Below the pieces are notes generated by a model. It was not told the origin of the DNA, ran no database searches, and saw only the letters and a list, made by a program, of their open reading frames with translations. From assembly GCA_038231135.1 (NCBI GenBank), contig JBBRLX010000001.1:160001-224000 (forward strand): DNA of 64,000 bases, read 5' to 3'. Positions 51,564 to 61,452 of this stretch are shown here, in pieces. How positions within the stretch are numbered: the first letter of the stretch is position 1; every line of letters begins with the position of its first letter. The DNA is from Candidatus Eiseniibacteriota bacterium (GTDB lineage Bacteria; Eisenbacteria; RBG-16-71-46). A program made the translations under genes and the position numbers.

Positions 51564-52355
51564 TCATCCGAGGTCTGCGCCTTGTTCTGGCAGCCCCAGC
51601 GCCCGCGTCTCCGCAAACGCCTCGGCTCGCTCGAGCGTCGACAAATCGCCGATCGCAAGTGCCGGCACCGGCGTCCCAACATCCCGTCCCAGAACCGCCA
51701 GCCCCAGCCAGCGCGCCTCCGCGCCGCTCGCAGGCAACGCATGAGCACTCGTGATGCGCCCCAGCTTCGCATCGTCCCGTCGCGCGTCGTAGGGCACAGC
51801 AGGCGGCGGCCCCGAACCTTCCACCAGCACCAGCCGCCGCCGCACGCTCTTATAGGTGACGAGCCGCATCAGCGCCTCCTGGCCGGTGAAGCAGCCCTTG
51901 CTTAGATGCACTTCGTGCGCGCGGCCGATCTCGAACGGCGTGAACTCTTCGGCGATCTCGTGGCCATGTCGCGCGTGGCCGGCGCGAATTCGCGCGAGAT
52001 CGTCCACGAACGTCTCGCCCAAAGGTAGCAACGGCGCGTTCGCGTCGCCGGTGCGGTCTTCGAGGCGCACGTCCTCGCGAAAGATCGAGCGATCGAGGAA
52101 CGCCATCAACTCGCTGGCGGGCGCATCGTCGCGCAGCAGCCACACCATTCCGGATGCATCGCGCTGCACCCACGCGCGGTGCAGCAGCCGGCCGCGGAAC
52201 TCGCAGAACATCGTGGCGCGACCCTGCCCGGGTTCGAGATCCGACAGGAACTGCGTCGAGATCCGGTGCAGCAGATCGAGCGAGTCCTTGCCGGGGAGGG
52301 CGATGGCGGCGGTCGGGGCGACCGCCCGTGCGGCCGTGTTCGGCAGGGATTCCAT
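51564..52355 (-). CDS. ygfZ: YgfZ/GcvT-family folate-binding protein
   Basis: GKDSLDLLHRIST, KGCFTGQE signature. Confidence 0.85.
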   Translation of the reverse strand: MESLPNTAARAVAPTAAIALPGKDSLDLLHRISTQFLSDLEPGQGRATMFCEFRGRLLHRAWVQRDASGMVWLLRDDAPASELMAFLDRSIFREDVRLEDRTGDANAPLLPLGETFVDDLARIRAGHARHGHEIAEEFTPFEIGRAHEVHLSKGCFTGQEALMRLVTYKSVRRRLVLVEGSGPPPAVPYDARRDDAKLGRITSAHALPASGAEARWLGLAVLGRDVGTPVPALAIGDLSTLERAEAFAETRALGLPEQGADLG

Positions 52356-52489
52356 TCATCGAGGCTAGCCGCGATCGCCGCAGACCCGCAAACAGCTCAC
52401 GCAATCCCATTCCGGAGCCCATTCCCTCCGAACCACCGCAATCGCGCACGGTTGGCGGCCTTCGCTCACCCGATGCTAGAGTCGCGCGT

Positions 52490-53581
52490 ATGCCCGACAC
52501 CGTGTCCACCGACTCCCTGCTCGTCCTGCTCGAATCCCTCGTGAACATCCCGAGCGAGACGGGCCACGAGGACGCGGTCGTGGAGTTCATCCGCGGCCGG
52601 CTGCGGATGGCGGGAGCCACGCGCGGCGAGACGCTGGCCTCGGGACGCAGCTTGATCTGGCGCGGTCCGCAGCGTGGCAAGCCGCTGGTGGTGCTCGCGG
52701 GGCACACGGACACCGTGCCCGCGCAGGGCAACGCGACGGCGCGCCGCGAGGGCGACAAGCTGTACGGCGTCGGCACCACCGACATGAAGTCCGGCGACGC
52801 GGTGATGCTCGCGCTGATCGAATCGCTCGATCCGATGTCGCTGCGGTTCGATCTGGCATGCGTGTTCTACGACGGAGAAGAAGGGCCGCAAACCGGCAAC
52901 GGTCTCGGCCGCGTGCTGCAGGAGCTGCCGTGGCTCGCGGACGCGAGCCTCGCGGTGCTGCTCGAGCCCACGAACCTCGGCGTCGAGCTGGGCTGCAATG
53001 GCGTGATCAACGCCGAAGTGCGGGTGACGGGCAAGAGCGCGCATAGCGCGCGACCGTGGACCGGCGTGAACGCGATCGGCCGCGCGGCGGCGTGGCTCGC
53101 CGAGATCACCCAGGTGCCGGTGAAGCCGAAGCAGCTCCACGGCGTCGAGTACATCGAGACGCTGCAGGTCACGACGCTCACCGCCGGGCGCGCGCGCAAC
53201 GTCGTGCCCGACGAACTGGTCGCGAACCTCAACTATCGTTTTACTCCCGACATGTCGATCGCGGATGCCGAGCAGGCGCTACGCGCACGCGTGCCCGCGG
53301 AGTTCGAGTTGCGGTTCGTCGATCGCGCACCGGCCGGCGACATGAGCCTCGACGCGCCCGCGGTCAAAGAGTTCGTCGCGCGGTTCCCGGCGAAGCTCGC
53401 GGGCAAGCAGGGCTGGACGGACGTGGCGCGGTTCACGGCCGCCGGCATCCCGGCGTTCAACTTCGGTCCCGGCCGTCCCGAGCTGTGTCATCAGGCGGGC
53501 GAGTACTGCCCGATCGGCAATCTCGAACCGGCGTATCGCTGGCTCGCGGAGTTTCTCACCACCCGCGGAGCGGCCGCATGA
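52490..53581 (+). CDS. dapE: Succinyl-diaminopimelate desuccinylase (M20)
   Basis: GHTDTVP, DMKSG, YDGEE, EPT, HSARPW.G.NA, GWTDVARF, NFGPG. Confidence 0.92.
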   Translation: MPDTVSTDSLLVLLESLVNIPSETGHEDAVVEFIRGRLRMAGATRGETLASGRSLIWRGPQRGKPLVVLAGHTDTVPAQGNATARREGDKLYGVGTTDMKSGDAVMLALIESLDPMSLRFDLACVFYDGEEGPQTGNGLGRVLQELPWLADASLAVLLEPTNLGVELGCNGVINAEVRVTGKSAHSARPWTGVNAIGRAAAWLAEITQVPVKPKQLHGVEYIETLQVTTLTAGRARNVVPDELVANLNYRFTPDMSIADAEQALRARVPAEFELRFVDRAPAGDMSLDAPAVKEFVARFPAKLAGKQGWTDVARFTAAGIPAFNFGPGRPELCHQAGEYCPIGNLEPAYRWLAEFLTTRGAAA

Positions 53582-54762
53582 CTTCATCCCGCGTCGGCGC
53601 CCACGTGTCGCTGCCCGGCCCGATCAATCCGCTGCTCGAGGGTCCCGGCGAATATCCGTTCGTGCGCCTCGAGCGGCGCAGCCGCGAGCTGATCCCCGCC
53701 GGCGTCACGCCGATCGACTTCAGCATCGGCGACCCGCGCGAGCGCACGCCGGCATTCATCCGCGATGCGTTGCGCGCGGCGGTGCCCGAGGTTTCGAGCT
53801 ATCCGACCGTCGCCGGGGTGCCGGAGCTGCGCCGCGCCGCCGCGGGCTGGGCGCAGCGCCGGTTCGGCATCACGCTCGATCCGGATACGGAGCTGCTGCC
53901 GGTGAACGGCACCAAGGAGGCAGTGTTCCTGCTCGCGTTCGCGGTGATCGGCCGCGAGGCCGAGAAGAATCTCGTCGTGATCCCGACGCCGGCCTATCCG
54001 GTGTATGCACCTGCCGCGCGGCTCGCGGGCGGCGAGCCGCACTTCGTGCCGCTGCGCTCCGCCGATGGCTGGAAGTTCCGGCTCGACTCGGTGCCCGATG
54101 AGATCTGGCGGCGCACGGCGCTGCTGTGGCTCAACAGTCCGCACAATCCCACGGGCTCGATGCTCGAGCTGAACGAGCTGTCCGCGATCGGCGCGCACGC
54201 CCGGCAGTTCGGCTACTGGGTCGGCGCCGACGAGGCGTATGCCGAGGTGTTCTTCGGCGACGCCCGGCCGCACTCGATGCTCGAGTGCGGGCTCGAGAAC
54301 GTGCTGGCGTTCCACACGCTCAGCAAGCGCTCGGCGATGACCGGCTATCGCTCGGGCTTCATGGCCGGCGACGCGCGCCTGATCCACGCACTGCGGCGGC
54401 TGCGTCCGAACGTCGGCGTCGCCACGCCGGAGTTCGTGCAGCGCGCCGCGATCGTGGCGTGGAACGACGACGCGCATGCCGCGGCGCAGCGCGACGTCTA
54501 CCGCACGAAGCGCGACGTGATGCTCGCCGCATTCACGGCCAAGGGCTGGCACGTCGAGGCGAGCGTGGCGGCGTTCTACCTGTGGATGCGCGTGCCGGAC
54601 GGCGACGACACTGCGTTCGTCGAGCGCCTGCTGCGCGCGGGGCTCGTCGCGATGCCGGGCTCGTGGTTCGACCCGGCGGGCGCGGGCTACGTGCGCTGGG
54701 CGCTCGTGCCGACGCTCGAGCAGTGCCGCGAGGCGCTCGAGCGGATAAGTCACATCGCCTGA
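53578..54762 (+). CDS. dapC: Class I/II PLP aminotransferase, succinyl-DAP transaminase
   Basis: GTKEA, NSPHNPTG, DEAY, LSKRS.MTGYRSG; located between dapE and dapD. Confidence 0.85.
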   Translation: MTSSRVGAHVSLPGPINPLLEGPGEYPFVRLERRSRELIPAGVTPIDFSIGDPRERTPAFIRDALRAAVPEVSSYPTVAGVPELRRAAAGWAQRRFGITLDPDTELLPVNGTKEAVFLLAFAVIGREAEKNLVVIPTPAYPVYAPAARLAGGEPHFVPLRSADGWKFRLDSVPDEIWRRTALLWLNSPHNPTGSMLELNELSAIGAHARQFGYWVGADEAYAEVFFGDARPHSMLECGLENVLAFHTLSKRSAMTGYRSGFMAGDARLIHALRRLRPNVGVATPEFVQRAAIVAWNDDAHAAAQRDVYRTKRDVMLAAFTAKGWHVEASVAAFYLWMRVPDGDDTAFVERLLRAGLVAMPGSWFDPAGAGYVRWALVPTLEQCREALERISHIA

Positions 54763-54779
54763 GTCCCCGGAGACTGCGC

Positions 54780-55610
<831 letters not shown>

Positions 55611-55681
55611 GTGCGGGGCCCGGCGCTGCGTTACCGGCGCCCGGCGCCCGAACGCAAGCGCGTTCGCAACCGCCCAGCGGG

Positions 55682-55870
55682 TCAGGGCAGGCGAACGATT
55701 CGCCGCGCTTGGCTCTCACCGTTCGCGTTCAGCTCGTAGAAGTAGGCGCCCGCCGGCATGGCACGCCCATTCAGCGGCGGGAGCTGATCGTGACCTGTCG
55801 CCCGGCCAGCACGTCACGAATGTGGCAGTCGTTGAGACGAACCTCGGACTGCTCGAGCAACGCGACCACC
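55682..55870 (-). pseudogene. Frameshifted remnant of a FlgD-Ig/T9SS-type C-terminal domain
   Basis: One frame gives EVRL..HIRDVLAGRQV; another gives NGRAMPAGAYFYELNANGESQARRIVRLP-stop. Confidence 0.5.
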
Positions 55871-56008
55871 TGCCCGCGTACCGTCGTATCCAGCCGGCGG
55901 ATCGAGCCCGAGGCTTGACCCTCGTCCGGGGCCGCTCCTAGACTCCGGATGGTTCGGTGGCCGTCCTCCGAGGCTGCCGCTTTCGAGCTTGCGGACCGTG
56001 GAGGCACG

Positions 56009-56368
56009 TTGGCTGTCATCCGTCTCGAGGGCCTGTCCGTGTTCGGACATCACGGCGCCCGGCCATACGAAAAGGAAGCCGGGCAGCGCCTCGAGGTCGA
56101 TCTCGAGCTCGAACCGATGGACAATCGGGCCGAGTCGAGTGACCGGCTGGCGGACGCGGTGGATTACGACCGGCTGTACCGCACGGTGCGTGAGGTGGTG
56201 GAGGACCAGAGCTTCCACCTGCTCGAGAAACTGGCGGCCACGACGGCCGAGGCGATCCTGGAACGATTCAACGTCCGCTCCGTCAAGGTGCGGATCTCGA
56301 AGCAGAACCTGGGTTGGACCACCGGGGGCCGCGCGGTGATCGAAGTGGAGAGGACGCGTACGTCATGA
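56009..56368 (+). CDS. folB: Dihydroneopterin aldolase
   Basis: GHHG..PYE...GQ, D.LADAVDY, LLEKLA; TTG start with GGAGG. Confidence 0.93.
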   Translation: MAVIRLEGLSVFGHHGARPYEKEAGQRLEVDLELEPMDNRAESSDRLADAVDYDRLYRTVREVVEDQSFHLLEKLAATTAEAILERFNVRSVKVRISKQNLGWTTGGRAVIEVERTRTS

Positions 56369-56862
56369 AGGCGTTCATCGGATTGGGATCGAACCTGGGC
56401 GAACGCGAGGCGATGATCCGCCTGGCGCTCGACGACCTCGCGCGGATGCCCGAGACGCTGCTGGTGCGCGCGTCGTCGCTGTACGACACCGAGCCGGTGG
56501 GCGAGGTGGAGCAGCCCAACTTCCTCAATGCGGTGGCGCAGATCGACACCGAGCTCACGCCGCGCCAGCTGCTGTGGAACCTGATGCTGATCGAGAAGCG
56601 CCTCGGCCGGGTGCGCACCCAGCAGCGCTGGGGCCCGCGCGCGATCGACCTCGATCTGCTGCTCTACGGCAGCCTGATCATCGACGAGGCCGATCTGCAG
56701 ATTCCGCACCCCGAGCTGACCAGGCGCTCGTTCGTGCTCGTGCCGCTCATGGAGCTGGACCCGCTGCTCGTGCATCCGGTCACGGGGGAGACGCTGCTGA
56801 ACCAGCTGTCACGTCTCGACGCCCGTCCGCCGGTGCGGCGCGGCAGCCGGCTGTGGAACTGA
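56365..56862 (+). CDS. folK: HPPK
   Basis: IGLGSNLG, QPNFLNAV, IE..LGR.R, WGPRAIDLDLL, IPHP. Confidence 0.96.
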   Translation: MKAFIGLGSNLGEREAMIRLALDDLARMPETLLVRASSLYDTEPVGEVEQPNFLNAVAQIDTELTPRQLLWNLMLIEKRLGRVRTQQRWGPRAIDLDLLLYGSLIIDEADLQIPHPELTRRSFVLVPLMELDPLLVHPVTGETLLNQLSRLDARPPVRRGSRLWN

Positions 56863-56897
56863 CGCCTTAAGGCCGCGCGGCGCCCCTTCCAGAGCCC

Positions 56898-57548
56898 ATG
56901 GCCGAGAACCGGTACGTCGTCGTCGAAGGGGTGATCGGGGCCGGCAAGACGAGCCTCGCCCGGCTGATGAGCGAGCGGCTCCAGGCCCGGCTGGTGCTCG
57001 AGGAAGTCGAGGAGAACCCGTTCCTCAAGGACTTCTACCAGGACCGCGAGCGGTTCGCGTTCCAGACCCAGATGCACTTCCTGTTCAGCCGCTACCAGCA
57101 GCAGCGCTCGCTCCGCCAGCTCGACCTGTTCCACGAGCGCATGGTGTCCGACTACCTGTTCCAGAAGGACCGCATCTTCGCCGGGCTCAACCTGTCCGAG
57201 CGCGAGCTGGCGCTGTACGACCGGCTGGTCGCCTGGCTCGAGCTCGACGTGATGAAGCCGGACGTGGTGGTGTATTTGCAGGCCAACCCGGACACGCTCA
57301 TGATGCGTATCGCGCGCCGCGGGCGGACGTTCGAGCGCGACATGAGCCGCGACTACATCCGCCAGCTGAACGACGCCTACAACCACTTCTTCTTTCATTA
57401 CGCCGAAGCGCCGCTGCTGGTGGTGAACACCAATGCCATCGATTTCGTGAACAATCCCGACGACTTCGAGGACCTGATGCAACGCATCATCGTGCATCGC
57501 CAGGGCACCACGTACTACGCACCCATCGACCGCGGAGCCGCGACGTGA
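56898..57548 (+). CDS. Deoxynucleoside kinase
   Basis: EGVIGAGKTSL, NPFL..FY, Q..FL.SR, RI..RGR.FE. Confidence 0.93.
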   Translation: MAENRYVVVEGVIGAGKTSLARLMSERLQARLVLEEVEENPFLKDFYQDRERFAFQTQMHFLFSRYQQQRSLRQLDLFHERMVSDYLFQKDRIFAGLNLSERELALYDRLVAWLELDVMKPDVVVYLQANPDTLMMRIARRGRTFERDMSRDYIRQLNDAYNHFFFHYAEAPLLVVNTNAIDFVNNPDDFEDLMQRIIVHRQGTTYYAPIDRGAAT

Positions 57549-58381
57549 CCGGCGAGCCGTCGGTCGGCGCCGGCCGCACCCGTCGCCACAAGGTCACCGC
57601 ACCCCAGGTGCTCGAGCTCAAGCGCAAGGGCCAGCCCATCACGGTGGTGACGGCGTATGATTTTCCCACCGCGCGGCTCGCCGACGACGCTGGCGTCGAC
57701 ATGCTGCTGGTCGGCGACAGCGTCGGCACCGTGGTGCTGGGCTACGACAGCACACTGCCCGTGACGATGGCCGACATGCTGCATCACACCCGCGCCGTGA
57801 CGCGCGCGAAGCCCGCGGCGCTGGTGATCGGCGACATGCCGTTCATGTCGTACCAGGTGAGCGTCGAACAGGCGGTCGCGAACGCCGGGCGGCTGGTGCA
57901 GCAGGGCGGCGCCGACGCGATCAAGCTCGAAGGCGGCGAGCGTGTGGTCGAGTCGGTGAAGCGCATCGTCGATGCCGGCATCCCGGTGATGGGGCACCTC
58001 GGCCTCACGCCGCAGTCGGTGCTCGCGTTCGGGGGTTACAAGGTGCAGGGCCGCGGCGAGGCCGATCAGGAGCGGCTGCTGCGCGAGGCAAAGCTGCTGG
58101 AGGCCGCCGGCTGCTTCTCGATCGTGCTCGAAGGCATACCCGCCAAACTCGGCACCGAGGTCAGCAAGGCGCTCACCGTGCCCACCATCGGCATCGGCGC
58201 CGGCGTGGGCTGCGACGGACAGGTGCTGGTGACGCACGATCTCCTGGGGTTCTACCTGGGCCACACCCCCAAGTTCGTGCGCCGCTACGCCGAGCTGTCG
58301 ACCACGATCCGCGAGGCGTTCGAGCGATTCGTCGCCGACGTGCGCGAGCGGCGGTTCCCGAGCGACAAGGAGTCCTATTGA
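57545..58381 (+). CDS. panB: Ketopantoate hydroxymethyltransferase
   Basis: TAYD, LVGDS, DMPFMSY, KLEGG, GHLGLTPQ, GIGAG, DGQVLV. Confidence 0.97.
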   Translation: MTGEPSVGAGRTRRHKVTAPQVLELKRKGQPITVVTAYDFPTARLADDAGVDMLLVGDSVGTVVLGYDSTLPVTMADMLHHTRAVTRAKPAALVIGDMPFMSYQVSVEQAVANAGRLVQQGGADAIKLEGGERVVESVKRIVDAGIPVMGHLGLTPQSVLAFGGYKVQGRGEADQERLLREAKLLEAAGCFSIVLEGIPAKLGTEVSKALTVPTIGIGAGVGCDGQVLVTHDLLGFYLGHTPKFVRRYAELSTTIREAFERFVADVRERRFPSDKESY

Positions 58382-58455
58382 GCACCCGGCCGTCCGCCGG
58401 GCGCCGCCGCCGTGCCGGGGCGACCCGCGCGCGCGGACACCGCCGGACGGGCTCG

Positions 58456-59304
58456 ATGCGGGTCGTGCGCGGCATTGCCGCGCTGCGCCGGGTGATCGCG
58501 AGCTGGCGCGGCGAGGGCACGACGATCGCGTTCGTGCCCACCATGGGAGCGCTCCATCGCGGCCACCTGTCGCTGGTCCGGCGGGCGCGCGCCACGTCGG
58601 ATCGCGTGGTCGTGAGCATCTTCGTCAATCCGCTCCAGTTCGGACCGCACGAGGACTTCCGGCGTTATCCGCGTCCGATCGGCGCCGACCGCGCGCTGTT
58701 GCGCGCCGCCGGCGTCGATGTGTTGTGGCAGCCGGACGCCGACGAGATCTATCCGCCCGGCGACTGCACGCGGGTGCGGGTGGAAGGGTTCGATGCCACG
58801 CTCGAGGGCGTCTCGCGGCCGGGACACTTCACCGGCGTCACGACCGTGGTGGCGAAGCTGCTCCACGCGGTCGCCCCCGACGTGCTGTGGCTGGGACAGA
58901 AGGACGCGCAGCAGGCCCGGCTGATCGAACGGATGGTGAAGGACCTGCTGATTCCGGTCCGGGTGCGCCGCGCGCCGACCGTGCGCGAGCGCGACGGCCT
59001 TGCGTGTTCGTCGCGGAACCTGTATCTCAGCCCGGAGCAGCGGGCCGACGCGGTGGCGCTGTCGCGAGGGCTCGCCGAGGTGAAGGCGGCGCTCGACCGC
59101 GGCGAACGCCGCGCCGCGACCTTGGTGCGGCTGGTGCGGCGCGCCTGGCGCGACGCGCCGTCGGTGCGTGAGGACTACGTGGCGGTGGTCGACGCCGCGA
59201 CGCTGGCGCCGGTCAAGGCCGTGCGCGGGAAGGTGCTGGTGGCGGTCGCGGCGCGCGTCGGCGCCACGCGACTGATCGACAATCTCGAATGGGAGCCACG
59301 ATGA
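58456..59304 (+). CDS. panC: Pantoate--beta-alanine ligase (alternative start 58378)
   Basis: VPTMGALH.GH, SIFVNP.QF, RPGHF.GV, GQKDAQQ, RE.DGLA.SSRN, RLIDN. Confidence 0.96.
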   Translation: MRVVRGIAALRRVIASWRGEGTTIAFVPTMGALHRGHLSLVRRARATSDRVVVSIFVNPLQFGPHEDFRRYPRPIGADRALLRAAGVDVLWQPDADEIYPPGDCTRVRVEGFDATLEGVSRPGHFTGVTTVVAKLLHAVAPDVLWLGQKDAQQARLIERMVKDLLIPVRVRRAPTVRERDGLACSSRNLYLSPEQRADAVALSRGLAEVKAALDRGERRAATLVRLVRRAWRDAPSVREDYVAVVDAATLAPVKAVRGKVLVAVAARVGATRLIDNLEWEPR

Positions 59305-60080
59305 CGCAGTACCGGCATCCGGATGTGGTGGCGCTCGTGCTCGCCGCGGGCCAGGGCACGCGCATGCAGAGCGATCTCGCCAAGGTGCTGCATCCGATGG
59401 CCGGCCAGCCGCTGCTGGCGCACGTGCTCAGCACGCTCGACGACCTCGGCGTGGGCCGGCAGCTCGTCGTGATCGGGCACCAGCGCGAGCGGGTGCGCGA
59501 GGCGTTCGCGGATTCGGACGTCGAATGGGTCGTGCAAGCCGAGCAGCGCGGCACCGGTCATGCCGTGCTGATGGCGGGGCCGGCGCTCGAGGGCTTCGAA
59601 GGCCGCATGCTGCTGGTGTGCGGTGACACGCCGCTGCTGCGGGCCGCCACGCTGCACGGGCTGATCGAGGGCCACGCGCGATCCGGCTGCTCTGCCACCG
59701 TGCTGTCGATGCGACTGCCCGATCCCAAGGGCTACGGGCGCATCCTGCGCGGGCCGAACGGCGACCTCATCGGCATCGTCGAGGAGCGCGACGCCAGCCC
59801 CGAGCAGAAGGCGATCGACGAGGTGAACTCCGGCATCTACGTGTTCGAGGTTCCGGCGCTGCACGAGGCGCTCGCCGGGCTCACCGCCCATAACGCGCAG
59901 GGTGAGTACTACCTCACCGACACCATGGACCTGATGCGCCGCGCCGGCCGCCGCGTGGCGGTGGTGTGCGCGGCGGACTACCGCGAGCTGCTGGGCATCA
60001 ACACGGTGGATCAGTTGAAGCAGGCCGAGCGGGTGTGGCGCGAGCTGGGCTCGCGGGGCGGCGCTCCCGATGCCGGCTAG
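59301..60080 (+). CDS. GlmU N-terminal (uridyltransferase) domain-only protein
   Basis: LAAGQGTRM.S..AKVLH, Q.EQRGTGHA, GYGRI, EVNSGIY, NAQGEYYLTD, GIN; ends before the hexapeptide acetyltransferase domain. Confidence 0.88.
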   Translation: MTQYRHPDVVALVLAAGQGTRMQSDLAKVLHPMAGQPLLAHVLSTLDDLGVGRQLVVIGHQRERVREAFADSDVEWVVQAEQRGTGHAVLMAGPALEGFEGRMLLVCGDTPLLRAATLHGLIEGHARSGCSATVLSMRLPDPKGYGRILRGPNGDLIGIVEERDASPEQKAIDEVNSGIYVFEVPALHEALAGLTAHNAQGEYYLTDTMDLMRRAGRRVAVVCAADYRELLGINTVDQLKQAERVWRELGSRGGAPDAG

Positions 60081-60702
60081 GGCTCCCGGTCTGGCGCGGC
60101 TGTGGGCGCCGTGGCGCATGGCGTACATCGATGCCGCCGCGACCGGCAAGGCACGGCGCGGCCGTGGCCGGAAGGCGGTCCCGGCAGATCCGGCGCCCGG
60201 CGCCGGGCCGCCGTGCCTGTTCTGCCGCGTGCGCGACAGCGCCGACGATCGCGGGAATCTCGTGCTGGCCCGCCGCCCGCGGGCGATGCTGATGCTGAAC
60301 AAGTATCCCTACAACCCCGGGCATCTGATGGTCGCGGTCATGGAGCACAAGGCGCAGTTCACCGATCTCGATGCCGCCGAGCGGCGTGACGTGCTCGAGC
60401 TGGCGGCGCTCGCCGAGCAGGCGCTGGCGGCCGAGTATCATCCACACGGCATGAACTACGGGATCAACGTCGGCCGGGTCGCCGGCGCCGGGTTCCCCGG
60501 TCATCTCCACATGCACTTCGTGCCGCGCTGGGACGGCGACACGAATTTCATGCCGACGGTGGGTGAGACCCGGGTGCTGCCCGAGTCGCTCGAGAATACG
60601 TGGCGGCGCCTCGGCCGCGCGATCAAGCGCCTCGGCCGCCGGCGTCCGGCGGCCAGGACCCCCCGGGGTCGAGGACGGATACGTGGCCCGCTCGCGCGGT
60701 AA
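60070..60702 (+). CDS. HIT-family (FHIT/Ap4A phosphorylase-like) protein
   Basis: LWAPWRM.YI, CLFC, LNKYPYN.GH, N.G..AGAG, HLHMHFVPRW.GD.NF. Confidence 0.92.
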   Translation: MPARAPGLARLWAPWRMAYIDAAATGKARRGRGRKAVPADPAPGAGPPCLFCRVRDSADDRGNLVLARRPRAMLMLNKYPYNPGHLMVAVMEHKAQFTDLDAAERRDVLELAALAEQALAAEYHPHGMNYGINVGRVAGAGFPGHLHMHFVPRWDGDTNFMPTVGETRVLPESLENTWRRLGRAIKRLGRRRPAARTPRGRGRIRGPLAR

Positions 60703-61111
60703 TCCGCTCGCTCGCGCGGTCCTCGGCGTGCTCGCGGTGCTGGTCGTGGCGCTCGCGCTGTCGACCGCCTACGCCCGGTTCCGGCCCACGACGCGGTTCC
60801 GCACCGACACCACGACTCACGCCCGGCCGATCCGCGTCCAGGTGCTCAACGGATCTGGGGAGAGCGGAATTGCGGGCAAAGTGGCTACCTACCTGCGGGA
60901 TGGCGGGTTCCAGGTGACCGAGGTGCGCAACGCCGATCGCTCGGACTACTTCGGATCCATGGTGGTGGCGCGCCGCGAAGATGTATCCTCCGCAGAGACC
61001 GTCGCCCGGTTCCTGGGCGGCACGCCCGTGATCCGCCAGACGTCCAGCGCGGACGGAGCCGAGGTCACGGTGGTGCTCGGCAGCGATCGCAGCCGGCTCC
61101 GCCTCGAATAG
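60683..61111 (+). CDS. Membrane-anchored LytR C-terminal domain protein
   Basis: TM helix, VQVLNGSG.SG.A, V.NAD, VTVVLG.D. Confidence 0.85.
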   Translation: MARSRGNPLARAVLGVLAVLVVALALSTAYARFRPTTRFRTDTTTHARPIRVQVLNGSGESGIAGKVATYLRDGGFQVTEVRNADRSDYFGSMVVARREDVSSAETVARFLGGTPVIRQTSSADGAEVTVVLGSDRSRLRLE

Positions 61112-61143
61112 CAGTTCACGCAGCGCTCGCAAGGGAGACTCAC

Positions 61144-61368
61144 GTGTTCGGAATGGGTGGATCGGAACTCATGGTGCTGTTCGTGATCATCCTGTTGATC
61201 TTCGGACCGAGCCAGATCCCGAAAATGGCTCGCGGCCTCGGCCAGGCCATGCGCGAGTTTCGCAAGGCGCAGCGCGAGCTCAACGACGAGATGACCCGCG
61301 AGGACGCGCCGCCCCCTCCGCCGCGCGCGCCGGAAGTGAAATCGGTGGAGAACAAGCCCATCCAGTAA
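61144..61368 (+). CDS. tatA: TatA/E translocase subunit
   Basis: MFGMGGSEL...LLIFGP..IP..ARGLG...REFRKA. Confidence 0.93.
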   Translation: MFGMGGSELMVLFVIILLIFGPSQIPKMARGLGQAMREFRKAQRELNDEMTREDAPPPPPRAPEVKSVENKPIQ

Positions 61369-61407
61369 TTCGGCCAGGCCCCGTTCAGGGATCACAAACG
61401 GACGGCA

Positions 61408-61442
61408 GGCGGATCCGCCGGGCCATGCCCCGCGGATCCGCC
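61408..61442. terminator. Hairpin between convergent tatA and PPIase genes
   Basis: GGCGGATCCGC...GCGGATCCGCC inverted repeat; no U-tract. Confidence 0.5.
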
Positions 61443-61452
61443 ATCGCATGCC

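Noticed and set aside
52400..52435. CCCATTCC repeat / GGA cluster upstream of ygfZ
   Set aside because: Only two short copies and four GGAs; insufficient evidence
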